From: Amoeboaphelidium protococcarum X5
Taxonomy: Eukaryota; Fungi; Aphelidiomycota
NCBI GenBank assembly: GCA_023515725.1
Contig: JALDTO010000223.1
Span: 1 to 47,799 of the forward strand
Length of the DNA stretch: 47,799 bases
Direction: 5' to 3'
Shown here: positions 1 through 12,167 of the stretch, piece by piece
How positions within the stretch are numbered: the first letter of the stretch is position 1
How the letters are laid out: each line of letters begins with the position of its first letter
Notes under the pieces: generated by a model
The model's database searches: none
The model's input: only the letters and a program-made list of their open reading frames with translations
What the model was told of the DNA's origin: nothing
Program-made: the position numbers and the translations under genes

Positions 1-369
1 TTTTTTTATATTTTTAAAGAATGAAAATTTTGGTTGGTGGAGGGTGGTTTTGAGATTCTTAACATTTTAAAAACCCATTTACTCCTTAAAAGTTTGGTTG
101 GTTTACTTGGAGGTTTTTTTTTTGGTTGGGGGCTACTAAAAATCATTTCCCCGGAAGTGAAAGGTGTAGTAGGAACTTTTTTCTCCTTTAATACTTTAAT
201 ATTTTAACAACCAACTAAACCAACCAAACCAACCAAAATATTATATAGTATAAAATCAAAACTATTACTTCTTTTTTTTTTTTTATAAACTTGTTTTTTT
301 ATATTTTTAAAGAATGAAAATTTTGGTTGGTGGAGGGTGGTTTTGAGATTCTTAACATTTTAAAAACCC
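1..369. repeat. AT-rich, homopolymer-rich region with a 76-bp exact direct repeat (1-76 = 294-369, period 293 bp)
   Basis: tttttttatatttttaaagaatgaaaattttggttggtggagggtggttttgagattcttaacattttaaaaaccc occurs twice; also (ggtt)n/(aacc)n tracts; no coding signal. Confidence 0.85.
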
Positions 370-439
370 GCGATTATTTTTATTTTTAATTGAGCTTTTG
401 AAAAAATAAAATTGAGTAAATGTTATTTTTTTTGTAGAC

Positions 440-493
440 TGACTCAGTCCGATAGTCAGTTTGTATATACAAACTGACTATCGGACTGAGTCA
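440..493. repeat. Perfect 54-bp palindrome (hairpin/cruciform)
   Basis: tgactcagtccgatagtcagtttgtat|atacaaactgactatcggactgagtca; 27-bp arms, no spacer. Confidence 0.95.
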
Positions 494-714
494 ATGACAT
501 TTCATTATGTAAACTATAACTATACAAATGCCCTCTTAATATTTGGAGATTGAATGTGTTTAACCATCTTTCATCAGAATTTGAGCGTACAGTCTAAAAT
601 TTTTGATTTAAAATTTGACTTTAATGAACACTGTGATAACAATGAAACAGGGAGCTGATTATTAGATTTTTTACATCTTGCAACAATCTTTAATCGCTAT
701 CGTAAGCAATTCTA

Positions 715-2032
715 ATGAGTTCGCGTTTAGGATCTAAGTTTGCCTTTTTAGCTGGTTCGATTGGAACTTTGTCTGTGGGCAGTATACTCTATCTATATGG
801 GACAGATTCACGCGCTGCTGTCCACAAGTATGTCTCCCTTCCGATCATGCGGAAGCTATATGATGGCGAAGAAGCTCATGAACTTGCGATCAAGCTGGCC
901 AAAATGGGTCTATTTCCAGTCGACCGCGTTAAAGATCAATCTGTACTCTCAGTAAAGGTGAGATTCTATTTTATTTTACTAATATAAATGTTGACTTCTG
1001 TAAAGACCTCTTTGTAGTTATTTGGAAAGAAAGTGGACAATGTCGTTGGTCTGGCCGCAGGATTTGATAAGAATGCGGAAGTGGTTGATGCAATGTTCAA
1101 TGTTGGATTTGGCATTGTAGAGGTTGGAAGTATCACACCTTTGGCTCAGGTATGTCGCGCTATAAACTTTACATTATACATAATGCTTATTTGTGATCTA
1201 AGTGTAGGAAGGTAATCCACGTCCGAGAGTATTCAGGCTGGAATAGGAGCAGGCAGTGATTAATCGATATGGCTTCAACTGTAAAGGATCCGATTTTGCA
1301 GCTGAATGTTTGAGGCAACGTTCCATACAGAAGGACACTGGATATAAAAGTGGTGTCCGTGGGAAAGTATTAGGCATCAACCTTGGTAAGAATAAGATTT
1401 CTGCCGAGGCTTCCAATGCTGATTACGTTGATGGTGCTATCAAATTTGGCGACTATGCTGATTATCTCGTTATTAATGTATCATCCCCGAATACTCCGAA
1501 TTTACGCGCCCTATAGAAGAAGGATACGTTGAGGAGTCTTATTCATGATGTGAAGAAAGCTATTGATCAGCTCAAGACTAAGCCTGCTTTGGTTTTGAAA
1601 GTGGCTCCAGATTTGAATGACCAGGAAATCGCAGATATATCTCAAGTTCTGTTGGAAGAGAAAGTTGATGGACTTATAGTATCAAATACTACTGTTTAGA
1701 GACCGGGTGCTATAGCAAATCAGAGCGGCGGCAAAGAAGCTGGTGGCTTATCTGGTAGGCCTTTGAAAGAACTGAGTTTGAGTGCTTTAAGGAAATTTTA
1801 TAAGAATACGAATGGAGGAATAACTATCATTGGATGTGGTGGTATATCAAGCGGTGAAGATGCCTTGGACTTTATTCTCAATGGAGCCTCTGCCATTCAA
1901 CTATACACTGCCATGGTGTATCAAGGACCGGCATTAGTTAGAGAGATTAAAGATTACCTCGCTGAAGAATGTAATTAACGTGGAGTTAAGAACATATCTG
2001 AACTTGTTGGGTAAAATTTGAAATTAAAATGA
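715..2032 (+). CDS. URA9: Dihydroorotate dehydrogenase (quinone, class 2, mitochondrial); 3 exons (715-957, 1018-1149, 1208-2032)
   Basis: [71 protein letters not shown]; GT-AG introns 958-1017 and 1150-1207; in-frame TAR=Gln; ends TGA. Confidence 0.95.
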
Positions 2033-2079
2033 ATATGAGTAAGTTATATATAATGATAAAACTATAATATTTTGATCAT

Positions 2080-4047
2080 TCAAAGAAGCAGTAATGATAA
2101 CGAAACAGCTATAGATGCTGATAGAATGGAAATTGTACAATGATTAGAACATCCGGAGATGTCAGCTTGAGTTATGGTCAGAGGACCCCTCTTTCTTTCA
2201 CCAGTCTTCTCATCCTTGACAAGTCCGCCAGCAGATGATACTCCAAAAGACGCAGGAGCTTGTTGTCCAGCTTCTGATTACTATTGAGGCGACGCACGTC
2301 TAAAGTTTGTCCATCCTTAGGTTGGGAGCCTCTTGATACGTTCTGCAATGACCTGAGGACTGGGAGGCTTTCCGGTAACCGCATCAACATCGTCAATAGA
2401 TGCCGCTTTAAATTAAACATTTTACTATGAAGAATCTTATGGCTAAGGTTGATTGACGCGCTGAGGCTGATTTACAGAAGGCTAAGGCTTGTCAACGTCT
2501 TTCTTCTCATCAACTTTTACAGCTGGAGGAGGTGGGGGAGTAGGAGGTGGTGGCGGCAACTGAACTTGAGGCACAGCTTGAGGCTAAGGAGGAGACGGCT
2601 GAACAGTAGGCGGTTACACTGGGGGAGGAGGAGGAGGACGGGGTGCCGCGATAGGCTCCCTAATAGCAGAGCCCATTGCTTCACCATTAGCAACATCTTG
2701 CTATGCAAGACCAGACGCATCGGATGAGGCAGCCGATTTTGGCACACTATCGCCTTGATTCTATGCAACAGTAGTGTTAGCTGGTTACACCTACGATGGT
2801 GGCTACGCCATCTGTGCTGGCGCAGGATTGTTGGATTGTTATGGTGACTATAGCGGCTGATTTTCTAACGGCGCAGCGACCTATCCTTGAGGAGCCTCAT
2901 TCGCTACTGGCATATCAGCGGTTGGTTACTACTGCTATCCACCATTAAGGCCACCAACAGACGATTCAGTGTTAGATGTCTCATTTCCACTCATCGGAGG
3001 CGCTGGATTATCAGGCTTCTAAGCTGCGGAGTCTTTGGGCTTTTGATCATCTCCGCTTTAGGTAGGACTAGGGGCAGGTTTAGAAGGAGGCTCAGCAACC
3101 GGCGGACGCGTCTCAGTTTTATTATTACCATTAGCGGACAAAGGTGGATCAACCTGTCTAGGTGAAGGAGGTGAAGGAGATGACTTCTTCTACTCAGACT
3201 CTTTAGGCACTTACGAACTAGTACCACCTGCGGCGCCAGTCTCGTCCACTTTAGGTGTTAATTGGTTAGGCTCTTATTTTGCCTCTGTTTCCTCTTAGAC
3301 AGATTGATCAGCTGTAGCCATTCTCTCTCTTCTATCATTGCCAGTAGGATTTTAAGGCTATGGCTTTGTAGCTTCAGGCGCAGCTTACCTTTCAACAGCT
3401 TTATCATCGCTGACGGCCTATCCTTTCATCTCCTATGTTTCAGCTCCAAATGAGCGAGCTCTATTTTCAGGTCTGGCCTGTACGGAAGGAGCGCCTGCAG
3501 GCTCGGGTATATTAGTAGGCTTTTGTTACTCTGGCGCTTTAGGTTGATCAACGACTGGCGCAGGTCGAGCATTGGCAGCAGCTGGTTAAGCAACAGGCGC
3601 GGGTGCACTAGACTAAACTGGGGGTGGCTGCTGAGGATTCGCAACTTTACGCGCAGGCGCAGCTTGGGGACCCTAAGACGGCGCACGCTTGTTGTCATTA
3701 CTACCACCTTATCTATCTGCAGAAGGTTGTGGTCTAGCTGCGGAATCTTGGGCAGGCACAGACGCGTTGACAGGTGCTTGTCTCTGAGCGAGCATTTGCG
3801 GCTACGCTGAATGATCAGATACAGGCGGTCTAAGCAATTGTTATTATTATTATTGCTATTGCTATGGACCGGCAGCAACTTACGCTCTCCTTGCAGGAGT
3901 CACGCTTTGAGCAGGCTTTTAGGCTGGCGCTTGCTTTTGCTGCACCGGACCTGCCTTGTTTTAAGCAGGAGGATTAGCAGTTTGCGCATTAATATCGCCC
4001 TTCAATAAGCAGATAATCAGTATTCCAATCAATAATCGTACATGCAT
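2080..4047 (-). CDS. Secreted, probably GPI-anchored Pro/Gln/Ala-rich low-complexity surface protein (~655 aa)
   Basis: One ORF under TAR=Gln; signal peptide MHVRLLIGILIICLLKG; P/Q/A-rich body; hydrophobic C-terminus ILSASIAVSLSLLLL*. Confidence 0.75.
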
Positions 4048-4708
4048 TATTTTATATGATATCTCTTGACCAGATTTAGGGATTTCAAGATGAAGAATAA
4101 ATATATAACACATTCCAAAAGATTGGTATCATGTAGGTGCAACTTCAAGCCTGTTACAGCCAATCAATCTTGGCACAGAGGTCACGCAGGTTACAATTGA
4201 ATTTAGCGTGATCTAAAATGACTGTATTACATAAAATCCAGGCCATTTGCGTGATTGTAAGACACGTCATGAGAATTTGCTTACGGTATTTCCACAGGAC
4301 TGTCAACATTATGTCACTTTATAATTAAAAGAGATATACAGTATATTTTGAAAACGTTAATGTTCTCTGTTGCCCAAGCAAGATTTCTCTCTTTCTACAA
4401 GACTCGTACCTCATTCGCCCACAGATTTCAATTTCAAGATCCGTTTTGGACTTCATTATTCGAGAATTATCAATATTAATTTTATGATAAAGCATTGCAT
4501 TACAAACGTGTAGTATTAGAATAAATTCGGTCTTTAAACAATGTGCCTGAATGGTCAATTCCCAGTGATCAGTCGCTTGCAATGCTGTTACAGACGGCGT
4601 GCTCTGATTAGACGATCACATTTATTAAATCTCATTGCTTGCCTTTACCTTCTTCTACAGCAACACTTTTAATAATTTACAACAACTAGTTGCACCACTC
4701 GATAAATA

Positions 4709-7700
4709 ATGAAAGATTCAAATCTAAATTACCGGTCAGGTGTCCCTGCATGGATACTGAAAGTATTCGCGTTTATCATATTATCCGCGGTGTTGATCGC
4801 TGGACTACAGCTGGGCACTTCTTATGGTTGTAACAATGGCGACATGTTATTGAGATAGGCGTAGTAAGTTAATGACCGCATTATTGCTAATGGCAAAATC
4901 ATACAAACCAGTAAATTATCTGATACAGCCATATAATCCCTTGCTAGTCAGAATGGAGGCAAAGATTTGAGTGACAATTTCCCAGCTTTCACGCTGCTTG
5001 GACGTCTACCAGAATCGAACACGTATACTGATCCTGATATTCAAGAGTGTGTCGGTGGCAGTCAACCAGTCGCTGATGAATGGCTTCGTAGGAAATTAGA
5101 GGACTCCAAATTTCGTGTCGCTGGCTCTGGACTGCTTCAGAATTGTCCTCTACCAAATGGCTCCAGTGGACCGTGTTTCTTCAGCGCTGCTGCGCGTCAT
5201 GCCGTCTCAATGGCCACTGTGGGACGCGTTGTTATCACGTCTGACATTTTGGCTTAGAAATCCAATGGAAGCGGTGGGAAGGAAACCTCATACATTGTGC
5301 TCAATGGATACGTGTATAATGTTGCACCATATCTATAGATTGCTCTTCAAGATGGGAATTCTTTCAACGAGTCTACTGGTTTCTTCGGTCAGCAGGTGAC
5401 TCAATTGTTGTAAAGCAATATTGGATAGGATGCTTCTGCTCAATTCAATTCTGTTCCTAAGGCTGACCAGATCTAGAGGTGTATGTCTAAACTATTTCTC
5501 GCTGGTGTCACGCAAAACACGTCATTAATGTCATCTTGCGCTTTGATAAATCCGGTGCTCTATGGATTTGCTGGCTTGATCCTCTTGTTTTCACTTCCTA
5601 AATTTATTGTTGGTCTATGCTGTTTCTCTTCTAAGAGTAGAGGCTAAGCAAAATCTAGTGTGGTTGTGTTGATGCATTGTTATGGTTAGTCAACTGAATA
5701 ACTTTAAAAATCAGTATCATCCATTGCTCAATAGTAGTCTGCAGGTGGATAGAGGTGTTTTCTGTTTGCGGTCAGCGATGGAAATCCTAACACTGAGGAC
5801 AATCTATTGGATGCTCTTGGTTATGATGGCCCGGATGGTCAGGTGAAAGAGTACACATCTCTTGGAAATGGTTCTAGAAGATTAAATGCTGGATTGGTAT
5901 TCACCGGCGTTTACAATTCTAGTGGAATAAAGTTGCCTTACTGCGTTGTCACCAAAGTTGGCAATAGAAGTGAACAATATAAACCGGGTCACCGCGGTAA
6001 GCTCGACTCTACCGTTCTGATTCTCTCGCTGTTGAACAAGCTAAGTAATGCTGGAACCTCAAAGTTGTCTGCACTTGAGTTTGAAATCTTTGAGCAGATT
6101 GATTCAAAGCTTAATATTGACCTGCTGCAACTAAGTTGTATGCTATCTTTGGATGCTGATTGTTTGCTTGGCTAAAGCGCGATATCAGATCTAGCTCTTG
6201 CTCTTGAGAATGACCATCGCTTGCTAACAGTATCTCCAATGGTAAAACCAGAGGCCTCGTTATCTTCTTTTGGTCAAGCATTGAGCACCTTCGCTAGTCT
6301 GGACGAGCATCATATCAATCGTCTACTCCGAAGTTATCTAGGAGTTTTGTGCATTCAATCTGATAAGGTAGTGATGTACAAATTGAATAATTCTGATGGA
6401 TCTCCTTGCCTATTGCATCAACGCGTCTTGTCCATGGTCAGTAATGGGTATCAAGATTTGAGCTCCTTCGATAAAAGAGTACGTCACTGGAAAGGTGAAG
6501 AGTAGGCCTTAGTAGCTGCTTCCATGAAGTAGTTTTCACAGATGCATCATCGTTACGATCCGTCCATAAAGGTGACTGACTGTGGAAAATTGTCCTCAAT
6601 TGCTGTAATAAGAGATTACGCATCTCAATGGAAGGTTCAGTTTCATTAAAAATGGTCTCTCTTGTCATCCAGTATGGACAAAAATGCTTCATTTGGTGTA
6701 AGATTATGGGCATTCTTTGACGCTATATCCATGCTGTTACTTCCCGCTGCCACAGCGTACTGCTACTACCTGCTGGCGTAGTTTTTCTTTTAACCTCAAT
6801 ATTTTTCAAATGTGATATCTGTTGGATGTATTGCGCTAGTTTCTATCATTTTGATGATAATCATGATACTTAGAGGAAACTTCGTCGACGGTCTGGTGGT
6901 TCCACTTCACTTGACGATTGGATTCCCGCTCTTTGGAATTGTGATACCACTGGTAAGTATTTTCTCAGGTACTGGCATTCGTGTTATAGACTGTAATGCA
7001 TCTAATGGATGGAAATGTGCTGTTGGTAGGCATGGGTGTGCAATGGAAGACTCACCAGATTCGTAGCAATATATCAACAGACGGGCTGAAGCAAAGACAT
7101 TGTAACAATGGCAAAGCTTTGTCTTATCTGAACCACAATAATATTTGGCGCGTAAAGTTGCATCCCGTAAGCAATCAAATGTAAATCCGGGTGGTTAAGA
7201 TCAAGTGGCGGTTCAGATGCATGCATAAGATTTTGAGTCTTACAATGGTGCCCCATAATAAGATTACCGTATCAGTAACAACAATTATACCATGTCCTCT
7301 GCGAGTGATTTTGGAAAACTTCTACCGACACCACCTGAGGCGATTAACCGCGACAGTATGTTCACTGTGAAATCTTCTCCTCGTAAACGGTCTGATGCTA
7401 GCCACAATCAAGGTCCTGAAAGTCCTGCCTTGCTCAAGCCGACTAATTTCAGAGAAGACAGAACCCCAATCATCCCAAAGTCACATTTTACTCCTACGTC
7501 ACCTGGTGTGTCTAATCAAAGTCGTGCTACGTCTATGGCTAGATCTGACTATTCCTCAAAGTACGCGCCGTCTTCTAATGGCAGATTCTCAAAGTATACT
7601 ATGTCTTCGCGGCCAACTACTGCGGCCATGTCTGTGTACTCTGATGAGACTTTGAAAATGATGTCTGGCATTGGAAAAGAAGATTTGAAAGAAGAGATCA

Positions 7701-7855
7701 AGCTGTTACTGCACGAAGCTGATCTTAATACTGTGACTCGACGGGAGATCAAGGATCATCTTGTGGCAGAATTTGGCGATGCTGTCGACTTTTATAACGA
7801 TTATGTGGATGAATGCATCGAAGAGATCACTCTTGAAAAACTGGCATTAATATGA
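4709..7855 (+). CDS. Chitin synthase class V/VII-like protein (cytochrome b5-like, CS2-type core, TM helices, C-terminal DEK_C) with degenerate catalytic motifs; start approximate
   Basis: All ORF-track fragments lie in one frame; HIVLNGYVYNVAPYL (b5-like); PYCVVTKVG..KPGHRGKLDS (cf. KPGNRGKRDS); LDADC; DEK_C ADLNTVTRREIKDHL. Confidence 0.8.
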
Positions 7856-7912
7856 AGAAGTTAAATAATAAAGCTCATAACAATATAAGACTTCTCGGTT
7901 CACTTTAAAACA

Positions 7913-8707
7913 TCACAGTTCATTTAATGTGCACTCAAAGTCTTCTGCATCCGTGCTCTCAATTGCATTAGCTCTCAACAGACAAGACTCAAGATCTTGA
8001 GCATCGAAACCTTCGCCAGATTTGTATGACGGAATATAATCAATTAATCTTGTCATATTAACAACCAAATCACCATCTTGATAAACTAAAATAGATGGAA
8101 TAGCAATCAAATCATAATCAGGATCCGCGTCCAGAGCATCAATAGACAGGAATTTGGCAAAACAATACTTTTTGGCAATCAACTACAGCATCTAGCTTAT
8201 TTCTTGGCATAGCTGATTACGTACGCGCAACAATACCAGCACTTTGACACCATCATTACAATCTTCGACTTCTTTAACATAAGATGACGCTCCAATGATC
8301 CTCAAATCGCCATATTTGACCCTTTGACGCGGCTGACTTTGTTGTTGTTTCAAGTCGCGCAATCTCTTCTGCCGATATTCCTCAATGAACTGCTGGTCGT
8401 CGTCATTCAGTGACTCTTACTATTAGCCTTGATAGACATCTTATAGCGGCAAAGTCAGGGCCATAGAATACTTATAGGCCTACTAAACTATAGAACTCTA
8501 CTCGCTAAATCTTTAACGGTGCTCCTCTCTTTAATGTTCATGATAATCAGCCAGCACTCCCTTCGGACCGGTTCTCTTTCCGCTGCGCTGCAACTCTTCT
8601 GGCAATTCCGATGCATATTGACTTTATCCTCCAATCTGCTGTTCCGACTCTTCGTCCACAAACTGAACAGCATTCAACAACTATTAATCTAACGGTGAGT
8701 AATTCAT
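7913..8707 (-). CDS. PDCL: Phosducin-like protein 1 (PhLP1), 264 aa
   Basis: TGPKGVLADY motif, EEYRQKRL helix, thioredoxin-like C-terminus IPSILVYQDGDLV. Confidence 0.85.
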
Positions 8708-8874
8708 AATTTTGTAACACTATTTGAAATATATGTTATTAACGGAAGACAACAAGACAGAGGATACACCGGGCAGAATCAGACCTTGTTTGAATCTCGC
8801 TCGTTTTTCAATGTCTTTCCTCTAAGCAAAAGAACGGCGCTCAGCGTTATCAAAGCTTCATCAGAGCAAAAGAG

Positions 8875-9783
8875 ATGGCTGACAGTGATCGACTGTTTGA
8901 ATTGGCAGAATTGAAGCGTTAGATTAATACATCAGTTAATGCATAGAGGTATTGGTAGTTATTGCACGTGTTTTTTAATGGATCTATTGGTAAGACTGAG
9001 TTTGATGCGCAAGTAAAGGAGATTCTCGGTAGTGATGATCTAATTACCGTTCACAATAAATTGATGCTCAATCTCATACACATCACTCTTCCTGATGTCG
9101 GTGGTGGTACTTTAGATGCGGATCAATAATTACTAGAATGGTAATAAATTGTTCGCAGTGGTGGAATAAAGAGTGATGATAATACCGTTATCAACATAGA
9201 TCCGCTGTCTAATGCAGAAACTCTAATGTATCAGACTCTACTCAACTTTCCCACACTGGATGAGTTGAGGAGGTCATTGGATGAGACTACTATATAAACT
9301 CTCCCGGCAGTAGACAAGAAGGTTCAAAATACGCAAGCTCTAATAAAATCTGGACTTTTGAGTGATTGTGAATTTCTGGATCTTTCAGTCATTGAACATA
9401 GATTGGCTAGTGTGAGTGAATCTGAAGGTGTTAAATATTCTGATGATTGTACAAGGTATATAGCTGATGCTCTAAAGTTGTACTTATTGAACCTCATTGA
9501 TAGACTGGTTGACTAAAAGACTCTTACTAGGCCAGGTGCTTTGATAGACTCCACTACCAAGTACAATTTTCGGCGCGTGGATCAACACACCACTACAGAC
9601 GATCAAGCATCACTGTCAACTGCTGCAAGTCTTTAGAAGTAACTTGGTATTATAGATTTACAGCTGGCTCAGTCCTGCGATAGAAACTTTCTTGATCGAT
9701 CCTATCAAGAGCAACTGCTTCTAATTGGGCCTTAACACGTTTCCAAAAATATTCTCCGCCAATCAGGATTGAGAATTAATTGA
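8875..9783 (+). CDS. TADA1: SAGA subunit Tada1/Ada1-like
   Basis: N-terminus LKRQI..RYWQLLHVFFNGSIGKTEFDAQVKEILG..HNKLMLNL; C-terminal histone-fold-like segment; absent from the standard-code track. Confidence 0.7.
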
Positions 9784-10222
9784 CGTTATAGCGTTTGTGA
9801 TCTTTAACATGGTGAACTTCAATTCCATTTTCTTATTTACCAATTTATAATCGTTGAATTTGTGTAATTATATTGACAGTTAAATAATTTGAGGTAAGAT
9901 TTTGTATTGTTTAGAGTGAGAGTAATGCCTATTAATCTGAGACCGGAGATTATGTAACATTGGTGGTAAGGGGCGTGGAAAGTGTGGAATGAATCGCCGA
10001 AAATTTGATCAGTGGACGCGACTTTGTTTTGAAACATACGGTCTGTTGTTACAGAGGACTGTATATAAAGTCGCGTTAATGTTATGGCGATCATTGCTCA
10101 GTATCATATCATATCATCTGTTGACTCGGGGAATCTATCGGATTAGGCTGCTCTCACTCTAACTCATTTCCATATTCAGTATACTAATAATAATAGTAAT
10201 AATAGTGTGTAGATTTAATCCA

Positions 10223-11893
10223 ATGTCTCAAGTATCAACATCGTAAAACAGAAGTAGCGTCATGTCTCAGAGATAGAGCTAAAATACGAGATTAAGTAAT
10301 GGAAACAACATGTCATTGTATTAACGTTGTGTTTTGCTGACCGAGCGACTCTCTTAGGTGCGTGGCTTCAAGGAATCGCTGGTCGCGTCTCTGCCATAGC
10401 TAGATGGTGGTGCTAACGGTCATGATGATAATGATAAAGAGAACATGAATGATGGTGGTAAACGCCGCTCGTCTCTTCCCATGGACCCAGTCAGTTCGCT
10501 GTGGACTTGCTTTAGACACGGCGAGGCGTTATGTCTTTTGGTCAATATCATGGTGCCTAATGCTATTCCTATTGTTCATCCATGTCGCAAAGTGGTTGAG
10601 ACTCCCAAATTGGGCCAAACTAATGTCTATAACTTTTTGCGTGCTTGCAAAGACGATCTTCACATTGATAGCTCCCGCCTATTCACCACTAGCGATTTGT
10701 ATCGCGATGACACTAATGCGTTCATCAAGGTGCTGGATGTTGTTGAAATAGTTGCTGAAATGCTGACTGCTCAAGGTTTGATTGATGACAAATTGCAGAC
10801 GCCAACTACGGCTAGAACATCCTAAAGACTGAGTAGCAACGCTAAAGATAATCGCGACAAGGTTGTTGTGGAGCTGCTGGATACAGAGTAGAATTATGTG
10901 CAGGATCTCGAGTATTTGCAGCTGTATATGAACACAATAAAGTAGAGTGGTTTGCTGACTGATGAAGAGGTGCGTAAGATGTTCAGTAATTTGGACCAGC
11001 TTGTAGATTTCTAAAGAACATTTCTGGTCGTGCTTGAAGACACCTGTCTGAATGGAGAATCTAATGGTCAAAATGTTGGTACATTGTTTAGTGATTTCGA
11101 GAATGCTTTTAAAGTTTATGGTCCATACTGCTCGAATCACTCTAATGCAACATAGATGGTCGCTGAAATTGCTGATAAATTGAAGCCTTTTGAAAATGTA
11201 ATGGATCCACATCATCAACTACCATCCTATCTCATTAAGCCAATCTAGCGAGTGTGCAAGTATCCGCTGCTTCTGCGTGAACTGCTGAGAATGAGCGATG
11301 ATTAGCCATAGACTGTGAAAACGTAGTTGAATCTGGGCTTTGAGGCTGCATCGCGCGTCACCAGGATGATCAACGAGATTTAGCGCAGAAATGAGAATGA
11401 AGTCAAAGTGAAAGATTTGGCTTTCTAAGTTGAAGACTGGCGTGGTCATGATCTATCTACATTCGGTGACCTGCTGCTAGATGAGAAGCTTCTTATGGTC
11501 AGGCGCGATGTAGAGAAGCCTATGCATGTTCACCTATTCGAGAAGATACTGGTCTGTTTGAAAGAGGTGCCAAAGAAGGAGAAGAAGACATTCTCGATAC
11601 CTCTGTCATCTAGAAAGAGTCATGACACGTCATCAGTATCGGTCAGTCAACGTCGCTAAAGTCTGGTGTACTAGTTTAAGGGAAAAGTGTCAATAGCAAG
11701 TATGGAAGGTATTGTTGCCAGTAGCAGAAACTCTGATTATGAGATAAAAGTGTTTTATAAGGATGGCAACTCTGGCGAGATGGAAAGCTTTGTGTTGAAG
11801 TTTCTGCACGAGGAGAAGTTTCAAAAGTGGCGCGATGAGATTGAACGTCTGATGGCCATCTCTGAGCTTAGCCGTCGCAGAAGAAAGTCGTGA
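10223..11893 (+). CDS. CDC24: Cdc24/Scd1-like Rho GEF (CH + DH + PH)
   Basis: SLYQRC..ERL, DPVSSLWTCFRHGEALCLL (CH), VVVELLDTEQNYVQDL, YLIKPIQRVCKYPLLLRELL (DH), FGDLLLD..HLFEKILVCLKE (PH). Confidence 0.9.
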
Positions 11894-12167
11894 TAGTAGT
11901 TGAGTATAAATAATGATTTCAATTGCCGTAGAGGTATTATTTTTAAGTTTTGTATCTCTTTATTCAAAATCTTGCGTACAACTGCAGATAAATATATTCA
12001 ATTAACTCCCGTGGATTGCTTTCATAGGCATATTACCGCAACCGGTAGCTATATTTAGACTTCCATTAGTAATTGGTAACTCTGCTTGACCAGTAACAGC
12101 TACGTCTTCTTTTATGCTAATGTCTAATGCTTTAATTTATAAACTGAATTTAAGGAGCATCTTGATT

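Noticed and set aside
2449-4008. Arg/Leu/Trp-rich + strand ORFs
   Set aside because: Antisense shadows of the Pro/Gln/Ala-rich minus-strand gene
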